Positions 50,917-61,238 are shown, counted from the first letter of the stretch. The stretch is DNA of 64,000 bases from Betaproteobacteria bacterium (GCA_025363435.1 JANYDY010000031.1:14584-78583), one strand, 5' to 3'. A program made the numbers and translations. The notes: generated by a model not told the origin, from the letters alone.

Positions 50917-52113
50917 ATGAACGTGATCAAAATGCAGGACGTGAACCTCGCCGGCAAGCGGGTGTTTATCCGCGCCGACCTCAATGTTCCGCAAGACGAT
51001 CAAGGCAAGATTACTGACGACACGCGCATACGCGCGTCGGCGCCTGCGATTGCCAGCGCACTCAAAGCCGGCGCCGCCGTGATGGTGACGTCGCATCTCG
51101 GGCGACCGACCGAAGGCGAGTTCAATGCCGCCGATTCGCTCGAACCGATCGCGCGCCGCATGGGTGAAATTCTCGGCGTGCCGGTGGCGCTCAAGCGCGA
51201 CTGGATCGACCGCGTGGATGTCAAAAACGGCGAAGTGGTGATGCTGGAAAACTGCCGTTTCAACAAAGGTGAAAAGAAAAACGACGACGCGCTGGCCAAA
51301 AAGATGGCGGCGCTGTGCGATGTTTATGTCAACGATGCATTCGGTACGGCGCATCGCGCCGAAGCAACCACGCAGGGCATTGCGAAATACGCACCGGTGG
51401 CTTGCGCCGGTCCGTTAATGGCGGCTGAACTTGACGCGCTGGGCAAGGCTCTGCAAAAACCGGCGCGGCCGATGATTGCGATCGTCGCCGGCTCGAAAGT
51501 CTCCTCCAAGCTGACCATACTTAAATCGCTGGCGGAGAAAGTCGATCAACTGATCGTGGGCGGCGGCATTGCCAATACTTTTATGCTGGCGGCCGGCTTG
51601 CGTATCGGCAAGTCGCTGGCCGAACCGGGTCTGGTCAGCGAAGCGCACGATATCATCGATATGATGAAGGCGCGCGGCGCGCAGGTGCCCCTGCCGGTCG
51701 ACGTCGTCGTTGGCGCTGAACTGTCGGCGCGCGCACGCGCGAATCAGGTGGCGGCCGATCAGGTCGGCGCCGATGACATGATTCTCGATATCGGCCCGAA
51801 GAGCGCAGCGACACTTGCCGCACTGATCGCCAAGGCCGGTACCATCGTCTGGAACGGGCCGGTCGGCGTATTCGAATTCGACCAGTTCGGCAGCGGCACA
51901 AAAGTAGTGGCGCAGGCGATTGCCGATTCTGCGGCGTTCTCGATCGCCGGCGGCGGCGACACGCTGGCGGCGATTGCAAAATACGGTATTACCGACCGCA
52001 TCTCCTATATTTCCACCGGCGGCGGCGCCTTCCTCGAGTTTCTGGAAGGGAAAAAACTGCCCGCCGTCGAAGTGCTGGAACAGCGCGCACAGGCGCCGGC
52101 GGTTCGGGATTGA
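50917..52113 (+). CDS. pgk: Phosphoglycerate kinase
   Basis: 398 aa with [16 protein letters not shown] and GGGDT motifs. Confidence 0.97.
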   Translation: MNVIKMQDVNLAGKRVFIRADLNVPQDDQGKITDDTRIRASAPAIASALKAGAAVMVTSHLGRPTEGEFNAADSLEPIARRMGEILGVPVALKRDWIDRVDVKNGEVVMLENCRFNKGEKKNDDALAKKMAALCDVYVNDAFGTAHRAEATTQGIAKYAPVACAGPLMAAELDALGKALQKPARPMIAIVAGSKVSSKLTILKSLAEKVDQLIVGGGIANTFMLAAGLRIGKSLAEPGLVSEAHDIIDMMKARGAQVPLPVDVVVGAELSARARANQVAADQVGADDMILDIGPKSAATLAALIAKAGTIVWNGPVGVFEFDQFGSGTKVVAQAIADSAAFSIAGGGDTLAAIAKYGITDRISYISTGGGAFLEFLEGKKLPAVEVLEQRAQAPAVRD

Positions 52114-52176
52114 GCATTTAGCGGAATCCCGTTACCCTCTCGGCCACACGATGTCGTCAAACATGAAGCCTCGAAC

Positions 52177-53619
52177 TTGAAAACCATAGTTACGCCCCGG
52201 CGCACCAAAATTGTTGCCACCCTCGGCCCGGCATCCAGCGACGAAAAAACGCTGGCGAGCATGATTGAAGCCGGGCTGGATGTAGTGCGCATGAATTTTT
52301 CTCACGGCACGGCGAAGGAACACGCGTCGCGCGTCGAAATGGTGCGCGCGCTGGCGCGCAAAGCCGGTCGCGCCGTCGGCGTGCTGGTCGATTTGCAGGG
52401 CCCGAAAATCCGTATCGGCCGTTTTAAAAACGATCGCGTCAATCTCGATACCGGTGACAAATTCGTGCTCGATGCCGAGCGCAAGATCGGCGACGCCGGC
52501 GGCGTTGGCCTTGATTACAAAAATCTGCCGCAGGACGTAACGCCCGGCGACACGCTGCTGCTCGACGACGGGCGCATCGTGCTGGCGGTCACCAAGGTGC
52601 AGGGCGCGCGCATTCACACCGTGGTTGAACAGGGCGGACCGCTGTCGAACAACAAAGGCATCAATCGCAAGGGCGGTGGCCTGACAGCGCCGGCGCTGAC
52701 TGAAAAAGACATGGAAGATATCAAGACGGCGGCGCGGCTCAAGGCCGACTACCTCGCCGTCTCGTTCCCGCGCTCGGGCGCAGATATTCAATGGGCACGC
52801 GATTTGATGCTCAAGGCCGGTGGACGCAGCCTGATCTGCGCCAAGATTGAGCGTGCCGAAGCGATCACGGCACTCGCCGAAATACTCGACGCCTCGGATT
52901 CGGTAATGGTGGCGCGCGGCGACCTTGCCGTCGAAGTCGGCGACGCGGTGGTGCCGGCTTTGCAAAAACGCATGATCCGCATGGCGCGCGAGCGCAACAA
53001 GATCGTCATCACGGCAACACAGATGATGGAATCGATGATCAACAATCCGATTCCAACGCGCGCCGAAGTTTCGGATGTGGCCAATGCAGTGCTCGACGGT
53101 ACCGACGCCGTGATGTTGTCGGCGGAAACCGCCGCCGGCAGTTTTCCCGTCGAAACCATCGCGGCGATGGCGCGTGTTTGTCTCGAAGCGGAAAAAGAAG
53201 ACACTTTCGCGGTTGAGCGCCGGCGCACCGATTTTCCGGAAAGCGTCGAAGAAGCAATTGCGCGGGCGACCATTTTTACGTCCAACAGCCTCAACATCAA
53301 AGCGGTTGCCGCACTTACGCAGAGTGGCAAGACTGCCTTGCTGATGTCGCGCATGAATTCGAAGGTGCCGGTCTACGCATTGTCGTCGGTAATCGAAACG
53401 CGCCGGCGCGTTACTTTATTCCGCGGCGTTTATCCGATTGCGTTCAAGGGCGCGCGCGATCCCGAAACGGCGCTGAACATGGCCGAAGACGAATTGCTCA
53501 AGCGCGGTGCAGTGCATCGCGGCGACTATATTGTGTTGACCATCGGCGAGCCGTTCGGCAAGGCCGGCGGCACCAATACCATGAAAATCGTCAAAGTCGG
53601 AGAACACCGCAAAGCCTGA
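52177..53619 (+). CDS. pyk: Pyruvate kinase
   Basis: 480 aa with RRTKIVATLGPAS and MVARGDLAVE motifs. Apparent TTG start at 52177; there is no in-frame ATG upstream. Confidence 0.94.
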   Translation: MKTIVTPRRTKIVATLGPASSDEKTLASMIEAGLDVVRMNFSHGTAKEHASRVEMVRALARKAGRAVGVLVDLQGPKIRIGRFKNDRVNLDTGDKFVLDAERKIGDAGGVGLDYKNLPQDVTPGDTLLLDDGRIVLAVTKVQGARIHTVVEQGGPLSNNKGINRKGGGLTAPALTEKDMEDIKTAARLKADYLAVSFPRSGADIQWARDLMLKAGGRSLICAKIERAEAITALAEILDASDSVMVARGDLAVEVGDAVVPALQKRMIRMARERNKIVITATQMMESMINNPIPTRAEVSDVANAVLDGTDAVMLSAETAAGSFPVETIAAMARVCLEAEKEDTFAVERRRTDFPESVEEAIARATIFTSNSLNIKAVAALTQSGKTALLMSRMNSKVPVYALSSVIETRRRVTLFRGVYPIAFKGARDPETALNMAEDELLKRGAVHRGDYIVLTIGEPFGKAGGTNTMKIVKVGEHRKA

Positions 53620-53727
53620 TGCGGGCGTCGCCAGTGGTCGAAGCACGGCGTTAAAATACGGCTTTTCCCGCACGGCTCGCCGTGCCGGCGGATGCGAATA
53701 ACCCCAGTGAAAAACGCAGGAGGCAAA

Positions 53728-54759
53728 ATGTTTGAACGCGAACTCGCAGCAACCGCCGCCGCAATGGTTGCGCCCGGCAAGGGCATACTCGCCATTGATG
53801 AATCGGGCGCTACGATCAAGAAACGCTTCGACACTATCGGCATCGAATCGACGGTCGAAACGCGGCGCGCCTATCGCGATCTCCTGATCACGCCGAACGG
53901 GTTGTCACAGTACATCAGCGGCATGATTCTTTATGACGAGACCTTGCGCCAGGCGACCAAAGACGGCACGCCGTTCGCGGAAGTGATGAAAAAGAACGGC
54001 ATCCTGCCCGGCATCAAAGTCGATGCCGGCGCCAAGGATCTCGCCGGCGCCGCCGGTGAACAGGTGACCGAAGGTCTCGACGGCTTGCGCGAGCGTCTGG
54101 CGGAATATAAAAAACTCGGTGCAACGTTTGCCAAGTGGCGCGCCGTGATCAACATCGGCGCCGGCATACCGAGCAGTTACTGCATCAACGCCAATGCGCA
54201 CGCGCTCGCCCGCTACGCCGCGCTTTGTCAGGAAGCCGGCATCGTGCCGATCGTCGAGCCGGAAGTCATCATGGACGGCGCGCATACCATTGAGCGTTGC
54301 TTTGATGTCACGGAAACGACGCTGCACGCGTTGTTTGACGCCATACGCACGCAGCAAGTACGCACAGAACATCTGGTGCTCAAGGCCAGCATGGTGATTT
54401 CGGGCAAGGGTTGCGCCAAACAGGCCGGCGTTAAAGAGGTCGCCGAGGCGACCGTGTTATGCCTAAAGCGTACTGTGCCCGCATCGGTGCCCGGTATCGT
54501 TTTCCTGTCCGGCGGGCAAAGCGATGAACTTGCCACCGCGCACCTCAGTGAAATGAATGCCGGCGGCGCCAAACTGCCGTGGCCGCTATCCTTTTCGTAC
54601 GGTCGCGCGCTACAGGCGCCGGCGCTGAAAACGTGGAAAGGCCTGCCGGCGAACGTCGCTGCAGCGCAAAAAGCGCTTATGCATCGATCCAAATGCAACA
54701 GTTCGGCTTGTTTTGGCCGCTATACCGCGGCAATGGAAAAAGAGGCGCTTGCCGCGTAA
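53728..54759 (+). CDS. fba: Fructose-bisphosphate aldolase, class I (Schiff-base, eukaryote-like type)
   Basis: Start placed at ATG 53728 (AGGAGG RBS). APGKGILAIDES, FAKWRAV, IVPIVEPE, the Schiff-base Lys context VLKASMV and LSFSYGRALQ all match class I aldolases. Confidence 0.92.
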   Translation: MFERELAATAAAMVAPGKGILAIDESGATIKKRFDTIGIESTVETRRAYRDLLITPNGLSQYISGMILYDETLRQATKDGTPFAEVMKKNGILPGIKVDAGAKDLAGAAGEQVTEGLDGLRERLAEYKKLGATFAKWRAVINIGAGIPSSYCINANAHALARYAALCQEAGIVPIVEPEVIMDGAHTIERCFDVTETTLHALFDAIRTQQVRTEHLVLKASMVISGKGCAKQAGVKEVAEATVLCLKRTVPASVPGIVFLSGGQSDELATAHLSEMNAGGAKLPWPLSFSYGRALQAPALKTWKGLPANVAAAQKALMHRSKCNSSACFGRYTAAMEKEALAA

Positions 54760-54861
54760 GGTGGCCGAAAGCTGGTTTGGGTATTCTCGCCTGCTTTAAT
54801 TTTGCTATGCAGGCGGTAGCTTGTCCTTTGAAAACAAGCTATCATTTCAAACCAATCAAAA

Positions 54862-54902
54862 TTGTGCCCGTGGTTTGTGCCCGGTTTTTCACCGAGGCAC
54901 AA
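54862..54902. promoter_or_regulatory. Direct and inverted repeats upstream of tctB (candidate regulator binding site)
   Basis: TTGTGCCCG occurs at 54862-54870 and 54875-54883 (13-bp register), with the inverted partial copy GGCACAA at 54896-54902. It lies 44-84 nt upstream of the tctB ATG in a 186-bp spacer. Confidence 0.25.
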
Positions 54903-54945
54903 GCTGAAATTAAAAGATTTCGATTTGATTTTTTGAGGAGGTCAG

Positions 54946-55401
54946 ATGTCGTTTCAATCTCGTGACAGAAAGGATTTCAACGCGGGCGTTATGTATATCG
55001 CCATCGGTGGATTCTTTGCCGGCTTTGCACTGAACTACCCGATGGGCACTGCGGTGCGCATGGGCCCGGCTTATTTCCCGACTATCCTGGGTGCGCTGCT
55101 GATCTTTCTCGGCCTGATTCTTTTTTTCCGTTCCTTTGCCGCGACCGATGCAGAACTGCCGACCAAAACACACTGGCGGCCGCTGATCTGCATCATCGGC
55201 GCGGCTTGTTTGTTCGCATTTCTTATCGGACCTGCGGGCATGGTTGTCGCCTCCGCCGTCATGATGCTGGTGGGTGCCTTCGGCGGCTGGGATTTCCGCT
55301 GGAAAGAACAGTTGATCGGAATGGTGGTGATGCCGGCGGTTTGTACCGGCATTTTTTATTATGGCTTGGGCCTGCCGTTCAAGCTGTTCCCGTGGTCTTG
55401 A
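54946..55401 (+). CDS. tctB: Tripartite tricarboxylate transporter small membrane subunit TctB
   Basis: 151 aa, four hydrophobic segments, GAGGAGG RBS, immediately upstream of tctA. Confidence 0.85.
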   Translation: MSFQSRDRKDFNAGVMYIAIGGFFAGFALNYPMGTAVRMGPAYFPTILGALLIFLGLILFFRSFAATDAELPTKTHWRPLICIIGAACLFAFLIGPAGMVVASAVMMLVGAFGGWDFRWKEQLIGMVVMPAVCTGIFYYGLGLPFKLFPWS

Positions 55402-55430
55402 GCAGCGAATACTAAGGAGCGGACAACGCC

Positions 55431-56948
55431 ATGGATTTTTCAGCTATTTTCAGTAATCTGATCCTCGGGTTCACGGTCGCGATGAGCGCCCAGAACCTGC
55501 TTTATTGTTTCATCGGCTGCCTTCTCGGCACGCTGATCGGTGTGTTGCCCGGCATTGGTCCGGTTGCCACCATCGCGATGTTGTTGCCGATCACCTTCAA
55601 CCTGCCGCCGATTCCCGCGCTGATCATGTTGGCCGGCATCTATTACGGTGCCAGCTACGGCGGTTCGACTACGGCAATTCTGGTCAATCTGCCCGGCGAA
55701 TCGTCGTCTGTGGTGACCTGTATCGATGGTTATCAGATGGGCAAGCAGGGACGAGCTGGGCCTGCACTGGCGATCGCGGCCATCGGTTCGTTTTTTGCCG
55801 GTACCGTCGGCACCGTTCTGATCGCATTGTTCGGGCCGCCGCTGGCCGAACTGGCGTTCGAATTCGGCGCCGCCGAGTACTTCTCGATGATGGTGCTGGG
55901 CCTGATTGCCGCAGTGGTTCTGGCGAGCGGTTCGCTGGTCAAGGCGATCGGCATGATCATCGTCGGCCTGTTGGGCGGCATTGTCGGCACCGACGTCAAT
56001 TCGGGCATCGCGCGCTACAGCTTCGGCGTGTCTGAATTGTCCGACGGTATCGGCTTTGTGTCAGTCGCCATGGGCATGTTCGGTTTCGGCGAAATCATCA
56101 GCAATCTCGGCCAGACCGCTGAAACCAAGCACATGGAAGTTTCGAAGGTGCACAGCCTGATGCCGACCTGGGAAGACATCAAGATGTCGATCGGGCCGAT
56201 CATCCGCGGCACCGCGCTCGGTACGGTTTTCGGCATCCTGCCCGGCTCGCACACGGTTATCGCTTCGTTCTCGTCGTATACGCTGGAGAAGAAACTGGCG
56301 AAAGATCCTTCGCGCTTCGGCAAGGGTGCGATCGAGGGCGTGGCCGGTCCGGAGTCGGCGAACAACGCGGCGGCGCAGACCTGCTTTATTCCGCTGCTGA
56401 CGCTGGGTATTCCGACCGGTGCGGTGATGGCGTTGATGGTCGGTGCGATGACGATTCAAGGCATCGCGCCGGGCCCGCAGGTGATGACGCAGAAGCCCGA
56501 TCTGTTCTGGGGCATGATCGCCTCGATGTGGATCGGCAATCTGATGCTGGTCATTCTGAACCTGCCGTTGATCGGCATGTGGGTGCAGTTCCTGAAGATC
56601 CCGTATCGCGTGCTGTTCCCGAGCATTCTGCTGTTCATCGCGATTGGCGCCTACTCGATCAACAACTCGCCGTTCGAAGTCTACATGGCCGCGCTGTTCG
56701 GGTTTTTCGGCTACTACGCATCGAAGTGGGGTTGCGAAGCGGCACCGCTGATTCTGGGTTTCGTGTTGGGACCTCTGATGGAAGAGAACCTGCGTCGCGC
56801 CATGCTGATTTCACGTGGCGATCCTTCGGTGTTCTTCACGCGTCCGATCAGCCTGGGCATGCTGCTGGTTGCATTCGCCCTGCTGCTGATGGTGGTGCTA
56901 CCGCAGTTCCAGAAGAAACGCGAAATACTGGAAGTTGCCGACGATTGA
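55431..56948 (+). CDS. tctA: Tripartite tricarboxylate transporter large membrane subunit TctA
   Basis: 505-aa polytopic membrane protein with TctA-like sequence (GVLPGIGP..., GSFFAGT..., ILPGSH...). Confidence 0.92.
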   Translation: MDFSAIFSNLILGFTVAMSAQNLLYCFIGCLLGTLIGVLPGIGPVATIAMLLPITFNLPPIPALIMLAGIYYGASYGGSTTAILVNLPGESSSVVTCIDGYQMGKQGRAGPALAIAAIGSFFAGTVGTVLIALFGPPLAELAFEFGAAEYFSMMVLGLIAAVVLASGSLVKAIGMIIVGLLGGIVGTDVNSGIARYSFGVSELSDGIGFVSVAMGMFGFGEIISNLGQTAETKHMEVSKVHSLMPTWEDIKMSIGPIIRGTALGTVFGILPGSHTVIASFSSYTLEKKLAKDPSRFGKGAIEGVAGPESANNAAAQTCFIPLLTLGIPTGAVMALMVGAMTIQGIAPGPQVMTQKPDLFWGMIASMWIGNLMLVILNLPLIGMWVQFLKIPYRVLFPSILLFIAIGAYSINNSPFEVYMAALFGFFGYYASKWGCEAAPLILGFVLGPLMEENLRRAMLISRGDPSVFFTRPISLGMLLVAFALLLMVVLPQFQKKREILEVADD

Positions 56949-56972
56949 GGTTGGCAACAATCCTGACAAAAA

Positions 56973-56998
56973 GCCCCGGTTCGCCGGGGCTTTTTTTT
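56973..56998 (+). terminator. Rho-independent terminator after tctA
   Basis: GCCCCGG-TTCG-CCGGGGC hairpin followed by TTTTTTTT. Confidence 0.85.
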
Positions 56999-57085
56999 GC
57001 CTGTGGCCGGGGTTGAAACCGAATTTCCGCCCAGACCTCTTACGCCGCCGTAAAATCCCGATGTCCGATTCGCCGGAGAATACGC

Positions 57086-58054
57086 ATGATTCGTATGTTC
57101 AGATTCGCTATAAGCGTTTGCGCACTGGCCGCAACAGCGGCCGGCGCCGCCGATGTTTACCCGAACAAACCGATCCGCATTGTCGTCGCCTATACGCCTG
57201 CCGGCACCACCGATATTCTGGCGCGCGCCATCGGGCAGAAATTGACCGAGGCCTGGGGGCAGGCGGTCATCATCGACAATCGCCCGGGGGCGAACGGCAA
57301 CATCGGCACCGAGTACGCGTCCAAAGCCACCGCCGACGGTTATACGCTGCTGATGACAACGGCGGCGCCGCATGGCGTCAATCCGGGGCTCTATCGCAAA
57401 CTCGGCTTTGACGCGGTCAAGGACTTTGCCGGCATCAGTCTCGTCGCCACCGTCCCCAACGTACTGGTGGTCAACCCCGCGTTGCCGGTAAAAGACGTCA
57501 AAGAACTGATTGCGCATCTGCGCGCCAATCCCGGCAAGATCAATTTCGGTTCGCCCGGCTACGGCAGCACCGGCCACATGTCGGTTGAATTGTTCATGTC
57601 GATGACCGGCACAAAAATGACGCATGTGCCCTACAAGGGTGACGCCGGTGTGCTCGCTGATGTGATGGGCGGTCAGATTGCATTGTCGCTGAGCAATATG
57701 CCGGCCTATACGCCGCAGATCAAAGCCGGCCGCGTGCGCGCACTCGCCGTCAGCACGAGCAAACGTTCGCCGGCCGCACCGGAAATTCCGACCATGGCGG
57801 AGGCCGGCGTTCCCGGTTACGTCACGGTTGCCTGGTTCGGTCTGCTCGCGCCGACGCACACGCCGCGCGACCGCATCAATAAACTCTCAGCCGAAACCGT
57901 ACGCATCCTGAAAATGCCCGACGTGCATACCCGCCTGTCGGACCTCGGTGCAGAACCGGTTGGCAGTACGCCCGCAGAATTCGATGCCCATATCAAAACA
58001 GAAATTGTGAAGTGGGCGAAAGTGATCAAGGACGCCAACGTCGAACTGCAGTAA
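57086..58054 (+). CDS. tctC: Bug/TctC-family periplasmic solute-binding protein
   Basis: 322 aa. Signal peptide, then YPNKPIRIVVAYTPAGTTD and GSPGYGSTGH motifs typical of the Bug family. GGAGAA RBS. Confidence 0.9.
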   Translation: MIRMFRFAISVCALAATAAGAADVYPNKPIRIVVAYTPAGTTDILARAIGQKLTEAWGQAVIIDNRPGANGNIGTEYASKATADGYTLLMTTAAPHGVNPGLYRKLGFDAVKDFAGISLVATVPNVLVVNPALPVKDVKELIAHLRANPGKINFGSPGYGSTGHMSVELFMSMTGTKMTHVPYKGDAGVLADVMGGQIALSLSNMPAYTPQIKAGRVRALAVSTSKRSPAAPEIPTMAEAGVPGYVTVAWFGLLAPTHTPRDRINKLSAETVRILKMPDVHTRLSDLGAEPVGSTPAEFDAHIKTEIVKWAKVIKDANVELQ

Positions 58055-58093
58055 AAAACACAGGCGCGCGTCGATTCAACCCGGAGGCAAGCA

Positions 58094-59629
58094 ATGGCAT
58101 TCGAAGAACCCCTAAAACAGCTGCGTGAGCGTAGTGAGCGTGCGCTCGCAATGGGCGGCCCGGAAAAACTCGCCAAACGCAAAGCCGAAGGTCATTTGAA
58201 TGCGCGCGAACGCATCGATTACCTGGCCGACAAAGACAGCTTTTTCGAATCCGGCCGCTTTGCTGCGGGTATCCGGCCCGAAGTGCGCGCGAAGACGCCG
58301 GCTGACGGCAAGGTCGCCGGTTTCGCGCGCGTCAACGGACGTGAAGTCGCGTTGGTATCGAACGACTTCACCGTGCTCGGCGCATCGTCGTCGGTGATCA
58401 ACATGAAAAAAATCCGGCACACTAAAGAGACCGCCAACAAACGCGGCTTGCCGTTGATACTGCTCGGCGAGTCGAGCGGCGCGCGCATGCCCGACCGCAT
58501 GGGTTCTGCCGGCCGTTCGATCATTGCGCAGGATCCGATCGAATATCAACGCCTGCGTGAAGTGCCGTGGGTGTCGGCATTGCTCGGCCCTTGCTACGGT
58601 TCCTCAACCTGGTATTCGGCGATGTCGGATTTCGTCGTCATGCGCAAGGGCGCGATCATGGCGATCGCCAGCCCCAACGTGACGTCGATTGCCATCAATA
58701 AAAAAATCGAAGCCGAAGATCTCGGCGGCTGGAAATTGCTGACCGGTATTTCCGGTCTTGTTGACATGGCAGTCGACACCGACGAGCAGGCGCTCGACGC
58801 GGTAAAAACCTTTCTGTCTTATCTGCCAAGCCATCGCAACGAAGCGCCGCCCGTGCATCCGGTGCTCGCGGGTTCGGACGAGCCCTGCAAAGGCATGCTC
58901 GAGATCGTGCCGGAATCGCGCAATCAGGTTTACGACGTGCGCAAAGTCATCAAAGCCGTCGCCGACATCGACAGCGCGTTTGAGGTCAAGGAGCGCTTCG
59001 GCAAATCACTATGCACGATGCTGGCGCGCATCGACGGGCGCAGCGTCGGTTTTATTGCGAATAACCCGCTGTTCAAAGGCGGCGCGCTCGATGCGGACGC
59101 CTGTCAGAAGGTCATCAGCTTCATGGTGTTGTGCGACTCCTACAACATCCCGCTGGTTTACCTGGTTGACGTGCCGGGCTTTCTAATCGGTGTCGAAGGC
59201 GAATTACGCGGCATGCCCGGCAAGGTGATCAACTGGATGAATGCGATGACCCAGGTGACGGTACCGAAAATCACCGTCATCATGCGTAAAAGCTACGGCC
59301 AGGCTTATATCAACATGGCCGGAAATAAAAATGCGGACGAAGTCGCCGTATGGCCGACCGCCGACCTCGGTTTCATGGACCCGGCAGTCAGCGTCAACAT
59401 ACTCTACGGCGTGAAGAAGGAAGATGATCCGGAACGCTTTGCGGAACTGATCAAGGAAGTGCAGCGCGATACTTCTGCGTGGGGGCTGGCCGAACTCTAT
59501 GACGCACAGAACGTGATCGATCCGCGCGACACGCGCGCCTTCCTCAAACGTACTCTCGAAGTGCACCGCTTACGCATGAACAACGGTGTCGGTCAACACA
59601 AGCTGGCGAACTGGCCAACGAGTTATTAA
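58094..59629 (+). CDS. Acyl-CoA carboxylase carboxyltransferase subunit (PccB/AccD5 family), paralogue 1
   Basis: 511 aa with the two-domain crotonase-like CT layout (...NARERIDYL..., ...VPGFLIGVEGE..., ...IDPRDTR...). Starts 39 nt after tctC with a GGAGG RBS. Confidence 0.88.
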   Translation: MAFEEPLKQLRERSERALAMGGPEKLAKRKAEGHLNARERIDYLADKDSFFESGRFAAGIRPEVRAKTPADGKVAGFARVNGREVALVSNDFTVLGASSSVINMKKIRHTKETANKRGLPLILLGESSGARMPDRMGSAGRSIIAQDPIEYQRLREVPWVSALLGPCYGSSTWYSAMSDFVVMRKGAIMAIASPNVTSIAINKKIEAEDLGGWKLLTGISGLVDMAVDTDEQALDAVKTFLSYLPSHRNEAPPVHPVLAGSDEPCKGMLEIVPESRNQVYDVRKVIKAVADIDSAFEVKERFGKSLCTMLARIDGRSVGFIANNPLFKGGALDADACQKVISFMVLCDSYNIPLVYLVDVPGFLIGVEGELRGMPGKVINWMNAMTQVTVPKITVIMRKSYGQAYINMAGNKNADEVAVWPTADLGFMDPAVSVNILYGVKKEDDPERFAELIKEVQRDTSAWGLAELYDAQNVIDPRDTRAFLKRTLEVHRLRMNNGVGQHKLANWPTSY

Positions 59630-59641
59630 GCGTTATCGCTG

Positions 59642-60313
59642 TTATTCGCCGACTTCAAGCCCGCTGAGCCGCCAACCCGTGTCCCGTTTGACGAAACAGG
59701 CGCGGTACTCAAGCGGGCTGCGCACCTGTTCTGCCGGGAGATAGCCGGTACCGGCGGTGGCGCGCGCCGAAACCCAGATTTGTTTGCTGTCTTTGTTTTC
59801 GTCCGTCACTTCCCAGTCGCCGACTGAAATCAGATCGAACGACAGGGTCTGTAGCGTAAAAGAACTGCTGGATGGCGCCGCCTTCAGCAAAGCCTCCTTT
59901 GCAATTACGGCGGCATTCGCATCGTCGGGTGCATTCACCGGCCATTTGAAATAAACGTAAGGTGCACAGACTTCGCTGACCTTGGCTTGTTTGACCGCCA
60001 CGCTACCGAGAAACAGCACCTTCGGCAATTCACTCCACAGCGGGCTATCGGCACTATCCAGTTCCCACAATTTTTTGAATTCAGCAACGCCCGCGACGCC
60101 GGAAATATTCCGAACATTTCGTTCGAGAATTTCAATGATGAACTTCTGGTCGCGCCTGGTCAGCGCTTCGATCAGCCGCGCGCGAAAACGCGTCCACGTC
60201 GCGTCGCCCGCGGTCTCATCGACCGGCGTGAGTTTCACCGGTTGCGCCGCCACGCTGCCGGCTGCCAGCAGGAAAATCGCCAGCCAGCCGCATATTATGT
60301 TGCGTGCAGACAT
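59642..60313 (-). CDS. Secreted hypothetical protein
   Basis: Start placed at ATG 60313 (MSARNIICGWLAIFLLAAGSVAAQP signal peptide), which shares one base with the upstream crotonase stop (TGATG). I recognise no motif. The ORF track extends to 60391. Confidence 0.6.
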   Translation of the reverse strand: MSARNIICGWLAIFLLAAGSVAAQPVKLTPVDETAGDATWTRFRARLIEALTRRDQKFIIEILERNVRNISGVAGVAEFKKLWELDSADSPLWSELPKVLFLGSVAVKQAKVSEVCAPYVYFKWPVNAPDDANAAVIAKEALLKAAPSSSSFTLQTLSFDLISVGDWEVTDENKDSKQIWVSARATAGTGYLPAEQVRSPLEYRACFVKRDTGWRLSGLEVGE

Positions 60314-61119
60314 CAACGTCCCTTGAAAATGCCGTTGCGTTTTTCGAAGAATGCCGTCAGCGCCTCGGCGTGATCTTCGGATTTCTGGCACAGAGCCTGA
60401 AAACTCGAACAGGTATCGAGATGCTCGCCAAGCTCCTGTTGTTGCGCCAGCCGCAGCAGGCGCTTGGAATAACGCAAGGCAAGCGGCGGCTTGGAGGCGA
60501 TTTTCGCGGCGATTTCCTGCGCGCGCACCATCAGTTGATCGGGCTCGGTAATCTCGAGCAGTATGCCCAGCGCCCTGGCTTCATCGGCCTTGACGATGCG
60601 CCCGGTAAATGTGAGTTCGGCTGCGCGTTGATAGCCGATCAGCCGCTGCAGGTACCAGCCGCCGCCATCGCCGGCGATCAGGCCGAGGTTGGCGAAGGTC
60701 TCGCCGAATTGCGCATGGGTCGAACCGATGCGCAGGTCGCACATGTTCGCAAGATCGAAGCCGGCGCCGATCGCCGGCCCGTTGACTGCCGCAATCACCG
60801 GAATTTCCACCGCCTGCATGGCAAGTGGAATGCGCTGGACGCCGTATTTGTAGTACTGCGCAAGCATATGCGGTGATTCTTTGGCGCGCGCTGCCATGTT
60901 CTTGATATTCCCGCCAGCCGAAAAAGCGCTGCCTTCGCCGGTCATGATCAGCACCGAAATATCGGCGCAGGTGTTGGCCCACGCAAGCGTCGCCACGATG
61001 TCTTCGGTGAGCTCGGTGCCGGTCAGCGCATTGCGTACGTCATCGCGTTGAAAGATCAGCGTTGCAACGCGTTGATCCAGCGTCAGCGCGGCATTTTTGA
61101 GTGCGGGCAAATCGGACAT
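60313..61119 (-). CDS. Enoyl-CoA hydratase/isomerase (crotonase) family protein
   Basis: 268 aa with ...LIMTGEGSAFSAGGNI... and ...AAVNGPAIGAGFDLANMCDLRI... crotonase-fold motifs. GAGGAA RBS. Confidence 0.88.
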   Translation of the reverse strand: MSDLPALKNAALTLDQRVATLIFQRDDVRNALTGTELTEDIVATLAWANTCADISVLIMTGEGSAFSAGGNIKNMAARAKESPHMLAQYYKYGVQRIPLAMQAVEIPVIAAVNGPAIGAGFDLANMCDLRIGSTHAQFGETFANLGLIAGDGGGWYLQRLIGYQRAAELTFTGRIVKADEARALGILLEITEPDQLMVRAQEIAAKIASKPPLALRYSKRLLRLAQQQELGEHLDTCSSFQALCQKSEDHAEALTAFFEKRNGIFKGR

Positions 61120-61238
61120 GCAGATATTCCTCGGAGCGAAGACGCAATGTTAACGCAGCGGCGCCTGGATACAACGTGCGGCGGCAACTTTTGCGATGCT
61201 ATACTGCGAAAACTTTAAATCCCCCGGGACGCGCAGTC

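Noticed and set aside
54890-54915. Possible sigma54 promoter (GGCAC...) upstream of tctB.
   Set aside because: AGGCACAAGCTGAAAT lacks the -12 TTGC element at the required spacing from GG. It does not fit TGGCAC-N5-TTGC.
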